From Cladosporium halotolerans (Eukaryota): a stretch of 64,000 bases of DNA. Both the position numbers and the translations under genes were made by a program. The stretch is taken from NCBI RefSeq assembly GCF_011745625.1, contig NW_027191452.1, forward strand, positions 496,001-560,000, given 5' to 3'. Below are positions 45,726 through 57,672 of this stretch, one piece after another; the stretch's first letter is position 1, and each line of letters starts with the position of its first letter. Under the pieces are notes generated by a model. That model had not been told where the DNA came from and did not search any database. It worked only from the letters and a program-made list of their open reading frames with translations.

Positions 45726-46635
45726 GGCGAAAGCGAAAGTGCCGCGCAGGCGGCGGGCGAGTGGTGTTTCCTGGTGTTTCGATGTGTGCGCGCGAATGGA
45801 AGATGCGGTATTACAATGCTATGTTGACGGGGCGGTCAAGGGCGCGACGCGGGCGGAGGAAGCACTTCTCAGCGAATGTCCAGAGGGCCAGCCGTGGCAA
45901 TGGGTGAGGGAGGTCGAGGAGACGGAGCAGGCAGGCCAGCAGGGGCGGGCTCGCGGCGTCATGGGACGGAGCAGGCGTGTCTCACGTGTCGCGGTGGAGG
46001 AGCGGCGGAGGCGGGCGGTGGGAGATGTGGGCAGCGGGCGGGCGAGACAGAGAGGAAGAGAGGCGTGGGAGGGCAGGTCGCGGGCGCGCTGGCGATGGCG
46101 ATGGCGATTGTGTACACGGACGCAGTCAGCAGTTACCAGCAGCGCAGGCTCGCGATGCAGCAGGTAACGGCGGCGCGGCCAGCCAGCAGACGCCCACTGA
46201 CGGCCACTGACGGCCCCTGTAGCGACGGGCGCTAGCGTCGTGAGGGTCTGAGCTTGCCGGCCAGGGCGAAGACGCGCAATTGCTTGAGCCCGGCTGATCT
46301 GAGGCCGCGACGCTGGGTGACTGAGGCTTGCGGGATGCTTCTATCGAGCGCCGGTGGCGATGGTCCGACCGATGATTGCTGTCTGCCGGGTGTTTCGCGT
46401 GCGCAGTATGATATTCTTAGACGAGCAAGAAAGACGGCACCATCTACCGCATGACACACTCACTGCATTATTGTTGTGTACAGTATGTATGTACGTAGAG
46501 TGACAAGCACGCGCACGGCACCAGGAGGCCCGGGGCGGCTGCTGGGTCGCGAGATGAGCCGTTGGCCGCGCCGCCGTCGACATCCCCAGCGTCCCATGCT
46601 CGTCGGCATCCCCAGCGTCCCCCCAGCGTCCCTAC

Positions 46636-46703
46636 GCGTAGGCTGAGCGTAGGCTGAGCGTAGGCTGAGCGTAGCCCTTGGAGGAGCTTGGAGGAGCTTG
46701 GAG
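46636..46703. repeat. 11-bp (GCGTAGGCTGA)x3.5 followed by 10-bp (CTTGGAGGAG)x2.5 minisatellites
   Basis: Read directly from 46636-46674 and 46677-46703. Confidence 0.85.
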
Positions 46704-47195
46704 TAGGGCGGCTAGCAGCCTGTCCGCCGCCCGCACTGCGCGCCCGCCGGTGCTCGTCGTCGATCTGTACAGCAGTGATATTATCTTGATGACGCCCCCA
46801 GCGCACGATGGCATCTCTGCTACTCGCCCCGCCGGCCCAGCGTGCTTCAGCTTGATGCCGCCAGATACCGATCGTCTCGTGTTTTTCTCCGAGTCTGACC
46901 CTGCGGCTCACGCGACGTGCAACCCTAGCCTCAACGCCGCGGTTGGAGCGGCCGACACTCTATCTTTGCTAATTTCGTATTCCCCTGCCCGCCGCTTGCC
47001 ACCAGCAGTCCAGTCCAGTCGCGCTCTCGCCCGCCCGTCGCATGCACGCCCTCTCACCACAAATTCGCCCCCATCTCCGCCGTGTCGCCGCGAGACAGTC
47101 CTGTAGTGGTGGTGCACGTCTAGCGCATCCTGCGCCAGCCCATCGCGTGCCTGGGACCTGCAGAAAGCTTCCCGACCTGCATCGCGTCGCATCGC

Positions 47196-47236
47196 ATAGC
47201 ACAGCACAGCACAGCACAGCACAGCACAGCATAGCA
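47196..47236. repeat. (ACAGC)n pentanucleotide microsatellite
   Basis: ATAGC (ACAGC)x6 ATAGC. Confidence 0.9.
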
Positions 47237-47660
47237 ACCGCTGATTCAGCCTCGTCATCATCGCCTTCGGGATCCTTTCGGCTCGCGGCAGCAGATCTCG
47301 TCGGCTTGCACGCCACCATCGGCAATCTCGAACCGTCCAGTTGCCAGTGTAGAGACAACAGTACGAGGCGGGTCGTGGCGCGCGAGGGTTGTTCGCGCGG
47401 CGTTGACAGACTTTCGCGCCATCGCAACTCACCGCGAGCTCGTCTTCAAGCAACAGCCAAGCCAGTCCCTTCTCGCTCCCGCCTCCGAGCCTGACGCCGC
47501 CCGCGGTGCTTGCCTGACGCGCCTGACCAAAGCTGCCCCGCAGCTGAGCGCAGAGCCGCGCCGGAAATTTTGGCCCAGACTCACACCACCGTCCATAGCG
47601 CTGCTGCAAGGGAACTCGTACTCAAAATAGTACAACACACGCAAGCGACCTCACCGCATC

Positions 47661-49105
47661 ATGGAAGAGGACCGCGCGATCGCTGACCTCGGTCCTGACC
47701 TGCCAGCCGACCTGAACGGCGAAGACGAGACGGCGAAGAAGACGCCCAAGAGACGATTCATCGGCCGGCGCGCAGCAGATGCGAAGGCCGCGGCAAAAGG
47801 CGATGCGCAAGGAAACGAGTCTGGCACAATAGAGGACAGCGGCGCGGTACAAGGTGCAGATTACTCGTATACAGCTCACAGTCGAAATGAAACACCACGC
47901 TCATGCCTCGCGCAGTCGCTCCCCGCCGTCGCGCTCCCCGTGCCTTGAACAATGTCCCCGATGAGATCCTCCACGACGAGGCGATCAACGAAGCCATAGC
48001 CCTGCTGCCGAAGAACTACAACTTCGAGCTGCACAAGACCATCCACCGTGTGCGAACCTCCGGCGCAAAGAAGATCGCCCTGCAGTTGCCGGAAGGCCTG
48101 CTGCTCTTCGCCACCACCATCAGCGATATAATCACACAGTTCTGCCCCGGTACATCAACCACAATCATGGGCGACGTCACCTACGGCGCCTGCTGCATCG
48201 ACGACTACACCGCGCGCGCCCTCGGCTGCGACATGCTGATCCACTACGCGCACTCCTGCCTCATCCCCGTCAACATCACCCAAATCCAAACCCTCTACGT
48301 CTTCGTCGACATCGGCATCGACGTCGAGCACCTCCTCGCCACCATCGAGCGCAACTTCAAACCCGGCAGCACGCTCGCCCTCGTCGGCACGATCCAGTTC
48401 AACGCCACCCTGCACGGCACCGCGCCCCAGCTCCGCGCCGCCGGCTACAACGTCCTGATCCCGCAAATCGCCCCTCTCAGCAAAGGCGAAATCCTCGGCT
48501 GCACCTCCCCCCACCTCGCCAACACCAAGGACTCCTCCTCCTCCTCCTCCTCCCCCGCCGTCGACTGCATCCTCTACCTCGGCGACGGCCGCTTCCACCT
48601 CGAGAGCGCCATGATCCACAACCCCTCCATCCCCGCCTACCGCTACGACCCGTACTCGCGCCGCCTGACGCACGAAGTCTACGACCACGCGACGCTGCTG
48701 TCCGACCGCTCGCGCGCCCTCGCCTCCGCGCGCAAAGCGCGCAAATGGGGCCTCATCCTCGGCGCGCTCGGCCGCCAGGGCAACCCGCACACGATGGCCA
48801 TGATCGAGGCCGAGCTGCGCGCCCGCGGCATCCCGTTCGTCAACTTGCTGCTGTCGGAGATCTTCCCCGGCAAATTGGCTATGATGCCCGACGTCGAGTG
48901 CTGGGTGCAGGTCGCTTGTCCGCGCCTGAGCATCGATTGGGGCTATGCGTTTCCGCGCCCGCTGCTGACGCCTTATGAGGCGCTGGTGGTGCTGGGTGTC
49001 AGGGAGGGGTGGGAGAAGGAGGGCAGGTATCGGATGGATTATTATGGGAGGGAGGGGCTGGGAAGGGTCAAGGCGGAGGATTTGGCTGTGAAACCTGCGG
49101 CTTGA
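47661..49105 (+). CDS. DPH1: Diphthamide biosynthesis protein 1, 2 exons
   Basis: Intron 47854-47915. [61 protein letters not shown]. Confidence 0.95.
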
Positions 49106-49594
49106 TGAGATGGGGTGGTGGGAGAGATGGGGTATGGATTTTAACGATTTGCATGCATATTAAGGCGTTCTTTTGGATTTTATGAAATGAAAAGTAACAA
49201 TCCGACTTATGTCATGTTGAAGGATCTCGAAGAAACTCGGTTATCAACTTATAATGCCTTGCAATTTGTCTTTCTGTTGGTGATGTGTCTCAAAACCTTG
49301 CCTAGTTCACCATGAACGAAGGACAAGTTCTTCCGTTCACCCGATGGACGAACAGTTCGAGAGACATTTATTTCTGGCAGGTGCTGATCATTGTTCGGAA
49401 CTTCCTGCGGTTCACATACATGTACAGTGGAAGTGTTCAGTCGCAATCCCTCCCAAGTGACGGCATCCAACCGCGGGGCAATCCCATGTCGCCAGCGCAA
49501 TTCGGCGGGGCGGGGCAATCAGATCAAGCTCCGCCAAAATTCACGCTCACCTCATCGATTCTCAAAACCCACCCAAACCGCACCTCACACCCGC

Positions 49595-50389
49595 ATGGCA
49601 CCCTCACCACCACCCGCCAAAAAACAAAAACTCTCAACAATGGCGACTACCACAAAAACAACCCCCCCAGCCCTCCCCGTCCCCTTCACAACCTCCACCA
49701 CCCCCCTAACCCTCATAACCCAAGGCGCCGAAGCGCACCTCTACCGCACAACCTTCCTCACGCCCACCACGCCCGCCGCGCTCAAAATCCGGCCCCCCAA
49801 GCCCTGGCGCCACCCGGTCCTCGACCGCCGCCTGACGCGCCAGCGCGTGCTGGCCGAAGCGCGCGTGCTGGCCAAGTGCGCGCGCGAGGGCGTCGCGGTG
49901 CCGGGCGTGCTGGGCCTCAGCTGGGAGGAGGGCTGGGTGGCGATGGAGTGGGTTGAGGGGCGGAGCGTGAAGGAGGCCGTGAGGGGGCGGGATGTCGGGG
50001 ACGAGGAGGGGCTGAGGGGGCTGATGAGGAGGGTTGGAGGCGCGGTGGGGAGGTTGCATGCTGTTGGCGTGGTGCATGGGGATTTGACGACGAGTAATAT
50101 GATGTTGCGGCCGGTTGGGGATGGTGGGGAGAAGGGGGAGGCGGGAGGATTGGAGGGGGAGATCGTGCTGATTGATTTTGGGTTGGCGGGGCAGACGGTG
50201 CAGGAGGAGGATCGCGCGGTGGATCTGTATGTGCTGGAGCGGGCGTTTGGGTCCACGCATCCGAGGGAGGAGGGGATGTTTGGGGAGGTGCTGGAGGGGT
50301 ATATGGAGGCGTTCAAGGGGAGTAAAGGGACGTTGAGACGGTTGGAGGATGTGAGGATGAGGGGGAGGAAGAAGAGTATGATCGGTTGA
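49595..50389 (+). CDS. BUD32: EKC/KEOPS complex atypical kinase Bud32
   Basis: QGAEA, RHPVLDRRLT, HGDLTTSN, LIDFGL, EDRAVDLYVLERAF and C-terminal RGRKKSMIG. Confidence 0.95.
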   Translation: MAPSPPPAKKQKLSTMATTTKTTPPALPVPFTTSTTPLTLITQGAEAHLYRTTFLTPTTPAALKIRPPKPWRHPVLDRRLTRQRVLAEARVLAKCAREGVAVPGVLGLSWEEGWVAMEWVEGRSVKEAVRGRDVGDEEGLRGLMRRVGGAVGRLHAVGVVHGDLTTSNMMLRPVGDGGEKGEAGGLEGEIVLIDFGLAGQTVQEEDRAVDLYVLERAFGSTHPREEGMFGEVLEGYMEAFKGSKGTLRRLEDVRMRGRKKSMIG

Positions 50390-51164
50390 AAGAGGACCGA
50401 AAAGCAAGCAAGTCGACGAATGCCTATCGGAGTGCGGATGCCCAGGAGCCAACCATGTTGTTGCTTCCGTAATTGAAGGGCATGCCTCGCGTCAGCAGAA
50501 GCTCAGCGACGTCTGCGGAAACCGAACAAAGTCCTAGTACTGCGGTGAGCTTACCACCAACGACTACAACGTACCAGGCAAAGCGACGGAGGGAGATCGC
50601 CTAGAAATGCCTTGACCCGGTGTAAAAGGGCATTCCGGAAAATCTCGTTGGAGCGACTCGAAGGCGGACCGCTGTCACCATCCACTCCACGACCAATACC
50701 AGAGAACGTTGTCTAGACTGGCTTTCAAACGAGCTGGAGAGCACGGAGAGTCGCTCCTAGGATCGCGAGGGCCTTGAGGACTATGTGGTGCTTGTTGAGC
50801 AGGCGGATAGGTTTTGATCAAAGCCCACGAAACCCAACGCAGTCACTATGTATACTGCACATCATATTCGCAAAAAAGAGACGATCACAGGTCATTGCAA
50901 GATGCGCATCCCATCCGAAACCCAGGGTTATTCCGATACATGATAGCGAGCAGCTTGTGTTGGGACAACGCTGCCAAGGCTGTACGCGCCTGGCTGGGAC
51001 CGAAGTGATACAACAGCAAAGGCAGTGAAACATCAGTTGTTTTTCTGCATGGGAGCAGGAGATTACCATCCACGTGTTACATCTCAATTTGCTCGCTTAA
51101 ACAAGGCCTGACTTTCTCCTTGAAGAATCCGATACATCTCATTCCTCCTTCTCTCACCGGTAGC

Positions 51165-51171
51165 TATAAAA
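51165..51171 (+). promoter_or_regulatory. TATA box upstream of the Cys/His-repeat gene
   Basis: TATAAAA about 80 bp upstream of the ATG at 51245, preceded by a CT-rich tract. Confidence 0.5.
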
Positions 51172-51244
51172 TCAATTCATCGATGCGCTTCGTGGTGTCA
51201 CCCATACTCCTCGTTGATCTTCTTCTCAGAATTGCTTATCAGTC

Positions 51245-51945
51245 ATGAGTGTGGTACCTTACAGCAAAGGGCAGTTCAGCAAGTACCTTGCAAGTCGCAC
51301 CGGGACATGCAGGAGCCCAGGCTGCGAGCGGATTTTAACTGTCGGGAGCAATTTCTGCAACTACCGTAGGTGATGTCGAGTGCCGAATTGCAGGTACCAT
51401 GAGCAGATGATGAGGTTGTCTGACCTGTGTCCTACTACACACATGCCTGTAGGTTTGGGCCTAGCAGGGAATGTCCCAATGGACAAACAAGCGACTCATG
51501 CTACTGTGAAGAGCGTAAGCATATCCCTGCACTGGATGGATGGATTGATCCTGACATCAGCTAAACCCAGCACAGACAAGTGTTTCCATTGCTCTCGCTC
51601 AGTTTCTGAGCAAGGACATCCGTACTGCACTTCTCGTATGTTGAACCAAATCTCAAAGGTACTCTTGCTGAGGATGGAAAGATGCCTGCATCTGGGCCGA
51701 TTGTATAGACAAGAAGGCTGAAGGCTCCCAAGGTTGTTCGTCGCGTAAGATCCCCATACGGCTGTCATTTGCCCGGTGTGCTGTGACTAATATCCCTTTA
51801 GATCGCTGCTGTCGCATCGATTGCACTAGCGGCAGGAACAAACCAGTTCGTACTGCTACGATCGTAGGTCGATGAACTCCGATAAACATAAAAAGTCTAT
51901 AATTAACGTGCAGTAGATCAAGATGATCAAATTCGGAAGAGCTAG
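51245..51945 (+). pseudogene. Six-exon Cys/His-repeat (zinc-finger-like) gene with a broken acceptor and a frameshift
   Basis: Exons 51245-51365, 51443-51514, 51576-51635, 51682-51744, 51802-51863 and 51917-51945. Five C-x(2-7)-C-x(10-11)-C-x2-H modules. The intron-1 acceptor reads AC instead of AG, and there is a 1-nt frameshift near 51840. Confidence 0.8.
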
Positions 51946-52697
51946 TCCGTACAAATACTCTCCAAGAACGCACTTGATAATGCCAGCTCTACGAAGCAGT
52001 CGATCCTGCAAGGGAAAAGCTCCATGCTTTTTTTCTCCCACTCCGGGCTTTACACCACCACTACTTGCCACCGCACCCGTGAGTTGGCGTTCCGCCTCTC
52101 AACAAGAGAGACGATAGCACAAGCAGTTTTTATGAGCTACAAGACATGTCCTGTGTAGTACACCCTAAGACAAAGGGCGGAACTCCGTCCTTGTAATTTC
52201 TCTCTATCCAGCTCCAAATCATAATTCACTGTCCTTAAATGATCTGGCGGCGTCAGGATTCTTGTAGTTTCTTGTACGTTGCCGCTCCTTACTGATGGCC
52301 TGCCAACCTTCGAGGCTCGATGCCGTTTACGACGATCGTCTGACACCAGTCAGGAACAGACTTTGAATGCCCAACCTTTGTGTTCAGGAAACCCTTCGAC
52401 CGGAAGCCTTAGATTTGTTGGGGCGTTCAATTTCATGCTGTCCCATCGTCAGGAGCTTGGCGAAAGTTTATGAGAGCTCCAACATGCCGAGTATGTCGAG
52501 AACCAACAGTCTGTCCGGGTCAGAGGCGAGGAGTTTTTTCGCTGTGGCCGTCGAGGGAACGGTCTCCGAATCCTTTCCTGACGCAATGCATTACTGCGCT
52601 CGGCGTTATTCCGTGCTTGACTGGGATTCGAGATGACTAATTCGTTCATTAATCGAAGATGTTGTTTTCTGAATCATATTCAAAGGCTGAAACATTC

Positions 52698-53189
52698 TCA
52701 TCCATTGCACTTGTCAAACCATTGCCCCGTTGAGACCCCACGAGGCAACATCGACGACGAACCAGGCGCCCCATTCACCTCAACGCCATCACCTACAAAC
52801 GACATCATATTTTCCACACTCATCCCCCTCGCCCCATTCGCCTCAGCCCACTCCGCACTCGCATCAGCAAGAGCCGCATTGGCCGCGCCATCGCCGTCAA
52901 CATGCGTCCTGTCATAGTGAACTTCGACGCTCAGGCACGACGTGAACCGCGCCAAGCACGCATCAAGAGCGCCGTCCGTTTTATCGAGGTCGATCCTCTG
53001 TCCCGGCGGAGGAATAATAGCGATCGTGCCGTGGTGGATGGCGACGTGGTAGCTGGTGGAAGCTTTGCCGACGCAGGATATGAGTCCGCCGTAGGCTGTG
53101 GCGTTGAACGGGGCCGGGACCATTTTCATGTGTTGGGCGAGGGCTAGGGTTGCGAACGCGAGGGCGGTCAGGATCTTGAAAGGGAACAT
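52698..53189 (-). CDS. Small secreted protein, effector candidate
   Basis: 163 aa, signal peptide MFPFKILTALAFATLALA|Q, four Cys, no recognised domain. Confidence 0.8.
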   Translation of the reverse strand: MFPFKILTALAFATLALAQHMKMVPAPFNATAYGGLISCVGKASTSYHVAIHHGTIAIIPPPGQRIDLDKTDGALDACLARFTSCLSVEVHYDRTHVDGDGAANAALADASAEWAEANGARGMSVENMMSFVGDGVEVNGAPGSSSMLPRGVSTGQWFDKCNG

Positions 53190-53782
53190 CGTGATGGTTC
53201 GGGAGAAGAGATTGGTCTACTGTTCGTGATGGGGTTCTTGCTCTTGTTTTGTAACTCCGAGTGGAACGGCCGTTGGACGATGGGTCATTGAAGGATTTCG
53301 GCTCTATGCCGGGGCTTGTGGACCTGGATGGGTGAGTCCTTCTCTTCCACCTTATTATCAGCCTGGCTGAGCTCCTCCTCTTTCATCATCAATCAACAAT
53401 GAGCGAAGACACTACATTATCTTCGATCCTTCAGATCGATAAACGTTCAAAATCATTGCAAAGCAGCCAACGGTGAAATAGCAGTCGATGAATTCCATGA
53501 AAAGCCCAAGACCAACGTGTATATTTCTTCCAGATGACCTGCGAGAATACGGCTCTCGTATATGATAGACCTCCATCAACTCCAAGAGGCTAAGTGTTGC
53601 TTCCATAAAGCAATCTTCCCCAGCGGCGGCCGCACTGGCTTGCCTGACCTTGACCGCGACCATGACGCGGCCAGACCCGTAAACTCCTATCCAAACCCAG
53701 ACGCAGCCGTGTCGAAAACCCAAATGTCTTCCGCTGCAAAGCCCTGACACCTACACCATGCAACACTAACAACAGGACCCCC

Positions 53783-55483
53783 TCACTCGTCATCCAAATC
53801 GCTCTCCTCAACCATCTCCTCCGGATGCTTACTCTTCTCCTCGTTCATCTCCCTAAACGTCGCCCACGAAAGCAGCGCAAAAGCCACAATAATCAGCACG
53901 CCGCCTCCGACAGCCGCAGTCGACAAGTCATTGTGCAGCGGCTCCGGCAGCAGTTCGTCGCACAGCGCGACGAGGAAAATCGTCAACAGCGCCGCGACGG
54001 AAGACAGCACGGGTGACGTCAGGGAGATGAGGACGAGGAAGGAGCCGGAGAAGGTAGCGTTCGCGAGCACGGAGATCATCAGCATCCAGGCCGCTTTGCC
54101 CTGCGGCAGCTCGAAGGTCTCGATGCCCGTGATGTGCAGCAGGGGCAGGGGGATCCAGAGGACCAGGAGCGTGAAAGTGCCGATGAGGCTGCCGAAGGTG
54201 TTGGCGAAGATCATGCCGCGGCTGGGGCTGCAGCCCTCGGGCGGGCAGGCGACCTTTTTGTAGAGGACCTCGTAGAAGCCGTACAGCACGGAGCCGACGC
54301 CGATGACGAGGTTGCCGAGGAAGCGGTTGGAGGCCTCGTGCTTCTCGGGTGCGTCGGAGCCGCCGGTGCCGCCGCCGGATTTGGAGCCGTGTTTGGCGGT
54401 CGTTTCGGTGTCGCCGTAGGCGACGATGAGGACGCCGCCGATGGCCACGGCGACGGCGAAGACTTTGCTCCAGCGGAGTTTCTCGCCTAGCATGGGGATG
54501 GCGAAGGCGTAGGCGAAGAAGGCGGAGCAGTTGTAGATTGCTGTTAGGTCGGAGGCGGTCGTCATGTCGACTGCGACGTACCAGCTGCCGCCGGCGATTG
54601 TGAGAGCGCATGTCACAAAAGCGGTGGTGCGGATGAAATACGGGACTGGAGACTTCTTCTGGAACTGCTGGGGGATGCTCAGAGAGCGGTGCTCGATCAT
54701 CTGCGCGGTGGAACGTAGGATGGAGACATGGCGACGCCAGAACTGTGGCCAAGGTTGTTGCCATTTCTGTAGGCGGAGAATGAGAAGTTGCATCGGCCAG
54801 AGTACGGCCCAGGAGCCGTGGGTAAAGTACCTGTGGATGCGGTGTCAGCAAGCAGTGTAACAGCACTGCGACGAAACAGAACGGTCCACTTACAACATGC
54901 AATACGCCTTTTTCCAACCCAGATTGTGCTGAATGTATACTGCTGTCTCGGTCTGCACAGCAAAACTGATGAGAGAAACGATCAGGAAACACGCGGCGTA
55001 GGTATATCTCTTCTTCGTCGCTTTCTTCGCCATCTCTTCAGAATCTCGCTCGCGGAAGCGGCTGTGCCGCGTATGTGTAGATTCGCTGCGTTCGCCATAG
55101 TCGCCTTGCTTGTCTCCGTTCAGTAATGGCAAATTTTGTGACGACCGTCCCGGCCTCAGGTCAGACGGCATGTTGGATTCATCTACACCGTGTGCGCCTT
55201 CGATGTCGTCGTCCCATACATCAAAGTCGCTGTCGTCTTCGTCGTCGTCGTCGGCCGCCTCTTTTCCCTTTCCAGATTTCTTGTCTCCTGCAAAGCTGTC
55301 GGGGTGCGGAAGTTGTTCGAAGGGGGAAGTTTGCCTGCTGCCGTCGTGTGACAGGTGTACCAAGTCGCTATTCGAGCCTGAAGGAGAGGCTGTGCCTTGA
55401 CTGGATTTGCCCGGGACAGCGAGCGACTGGAAACCAGGAAGGGAGGAATCGGGCCCGTGCCGCTGGAATGCTCTGCTAGACAT
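53783..55483 (-). CDS. EamA/DMT (SLC35F-like) transporter, 2 exons
   Basis: Intron 54893-54831. About 10 TM helices; DLTAIYNCSAFFAY...LGEKL; GSVLYGFYEVLYKK. Confidence 0.88.
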
Positions 55484-56377
55484 CCATGCGGTTGGCGGGC
55501 GGAGCGAGTATATGTACAAGGTGTCGCGCGATAGCGTCAGACGGAGCTGGGCCAAGCAAAGTGATTGTCTTGTCGGCTAGCGAGGGACACGAGGGAGTGG
55601 CTGCGGCTAGTGCGCGCGTGAAGGAGTGAGTGGGGTGGGCTTGGGGTGGTGCCTGGCGGGCAATTGGAGGATGGGGTGGTGTGTCGGGCGCGATAGAGGG
55701 ATGCGTGGTCTCTGTCTTGCATGTGCCAGCGGCCGGGGTCCAGGAGGCTGTGGCTGCGTGGGTTTAGGGCTGGCAGGCTGACGCTGCATCAGACGCCGCG
55801 CGCGCCCTGGGGAACTGTACAGGACTCCTGAGGCTCGGTCGGCATCGGGAGCCCGGGCTGCTGGGGCAGGCTGACGAACAGCTGCGTGTACAGCCATAAC
55901 TTACCTGTACTCTATCAGCAATCCCGGCGCGTTTGCAATTCGTGGTACAATGCAAGCCAAGTCAGCCAGCAAAGACACACTGGTCATGTCGCCGGTCACG
56001 AGCCGGCTCTGCGCGAAAGAGCGCCTTGCAGATTGGCGCCTTAGGCGCCTTCGCCCTACGCAATCGCGTCACTTCGCGTGGGGGCGCTGGCTCTCTGCTA
56101 CCTCCTAACGCCGACGCCAGGTGGGGTGTTTGGTATGCCGTATGCCGTATGCCGTGAGCGCCGTCTTTACATCAGCATGGGAGAAGATCTCGCTGCACGA
56201 GGAGATCTCGCCGTTACTTCCGCTATCTCCTCCGCCTCGTCTCCATATTTATAAAATAAATCGATGTTCAAAAGCCTGCTCAGCCCTCTCCATTGCCTCC
56301 CACCATTGAAACAATTGGCGAAGAACGTCACCCCAAACACCCCACTCACACCATTCAGCACCGCCGCCACTCACAGG

Positions 56378-57529
56378 ATGCCTCTCATCACTAGCACCGG
56401 CAAGCCGCGCGTGATCCTCGGGACCATGACATTTGGGTAAGCTCGTCCAACCGCGACAATCACGACATACCCCCGGCGCTGACATCCCTCTGTCCAGTCC
56501 CGACACCGACGCCGGCGCCCGCGTCACCAGCCTCGACACCTACAACAAAGTCCTCGACCGCTTCCAAGCCGCCGGCTACAACGAAATCGACACCGCCCGC
56601 GTCTACGTCAACGGCAAGCAAGAGGCCTTCACGCGCGAGGCCAAGTGGAAGGAGCGCGGCCTCACCTGCGCCACGAAATGGTACCCCCACGAGCCCGGCG
56701 CGCACGCTCCCGCCGTGATCGAGGAGAAGCTCAACGAGTCGCTGAAAGAGCTGGGCACCGACTGCATCGACATCTTCTACCTGCACGCCGCCGACCGCAG
56801 CCTGCCGTTCACGGAGACGCTGAAGAAGTGCGATGAGCTGCACAAGCAGGGCAAGTTCGTGCAGCTCGGCCTGTCGAACTTCACCGCCTTCGAGGTCGCC
56901 GAGGTCTTCCTGCACTGCAAGTACAATAACTGGGTCCGCCCGACAATCTACCAGGGGATGGTTAGTCCTCCATCGGTTCCTCACGCCTATGTTCTTCCCT
57001 AATGAATTTCCAGTACAACCCCATAACCCGCTCCATCGAAGCGGAGCTCATCCCCGCCTGCCGCCGCTACGGCCTCGACATCGTCGTCTACAACCCGATC
57101 GCCGGCGGCCTCTTCAGCGGCAAATACAAAACGGCCGACGTGCCGGCCTCCGGCCGCTTCAGCGAAGCCGTGGGCCGCATGGGCGGCATGTACCGCACGC
57201 GGTACTTCAAAGACGCGACGTTCGAGGCGCTGCGCGTCATCGAGCCCGTGGTCCAAAAGCACAACCTGACGCTGCTGGAGACGGCGTTCCGCTGGATGCT
57301 GCACCACTCGCAGCTGAACATCAAGGATGGCGGCAGGGATGGGATTATCATCGGCGTGAGCAGCGAGGAGCAGATGGAGGGAAATCTGAAGGATTTGGAG
57401 AAGGGCCCGTTGCCGGAGGAGGTGCTGAATGCACTGGATGAGGCATGGTTGATTGCCAAGCCGACGACGGCGAATTACTGGCATTTGGACCTGAAGTATA
57501 CTTATGACACTAGGGAGGCGCTGAAGTGA
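56378..57529 (+). CDS. Aldo-keto reductase, AKR7 (aflatoxin B1 aldehyde reductase-like), 3 exons
   Basis: Introns 56437-56497 and 56961-57013. ILGTMTFG, IDTARVY, FYLHAAD, LGLSNF, YQGMYN, YNPIAGG; TATA-like sequence at about 56249. Confidence 0.92.
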
Positions 57530-57672
57530 GCTGGCTATGTGTAGAGGGTATATCAAGAGCGTCAGAATAAACGACTATATGTGTAAAAGCTCTATGTAGT
57601 TCGTAACGAGACGAACGAGCCAAATGAAATTGAAGTACTTTATCCAAGCATATTGTTTCGTTTGACGGATCA

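Noticed and set aside
51183..51248. Signal-peptide-like mini-ORF MRFVVSPILLVDLLLRIAYQS
   Set aside because: It starts only about 12 bp after the TATA box (probably upstream of the transcription start), stops at once and is out of frame with the ATG at 51245.
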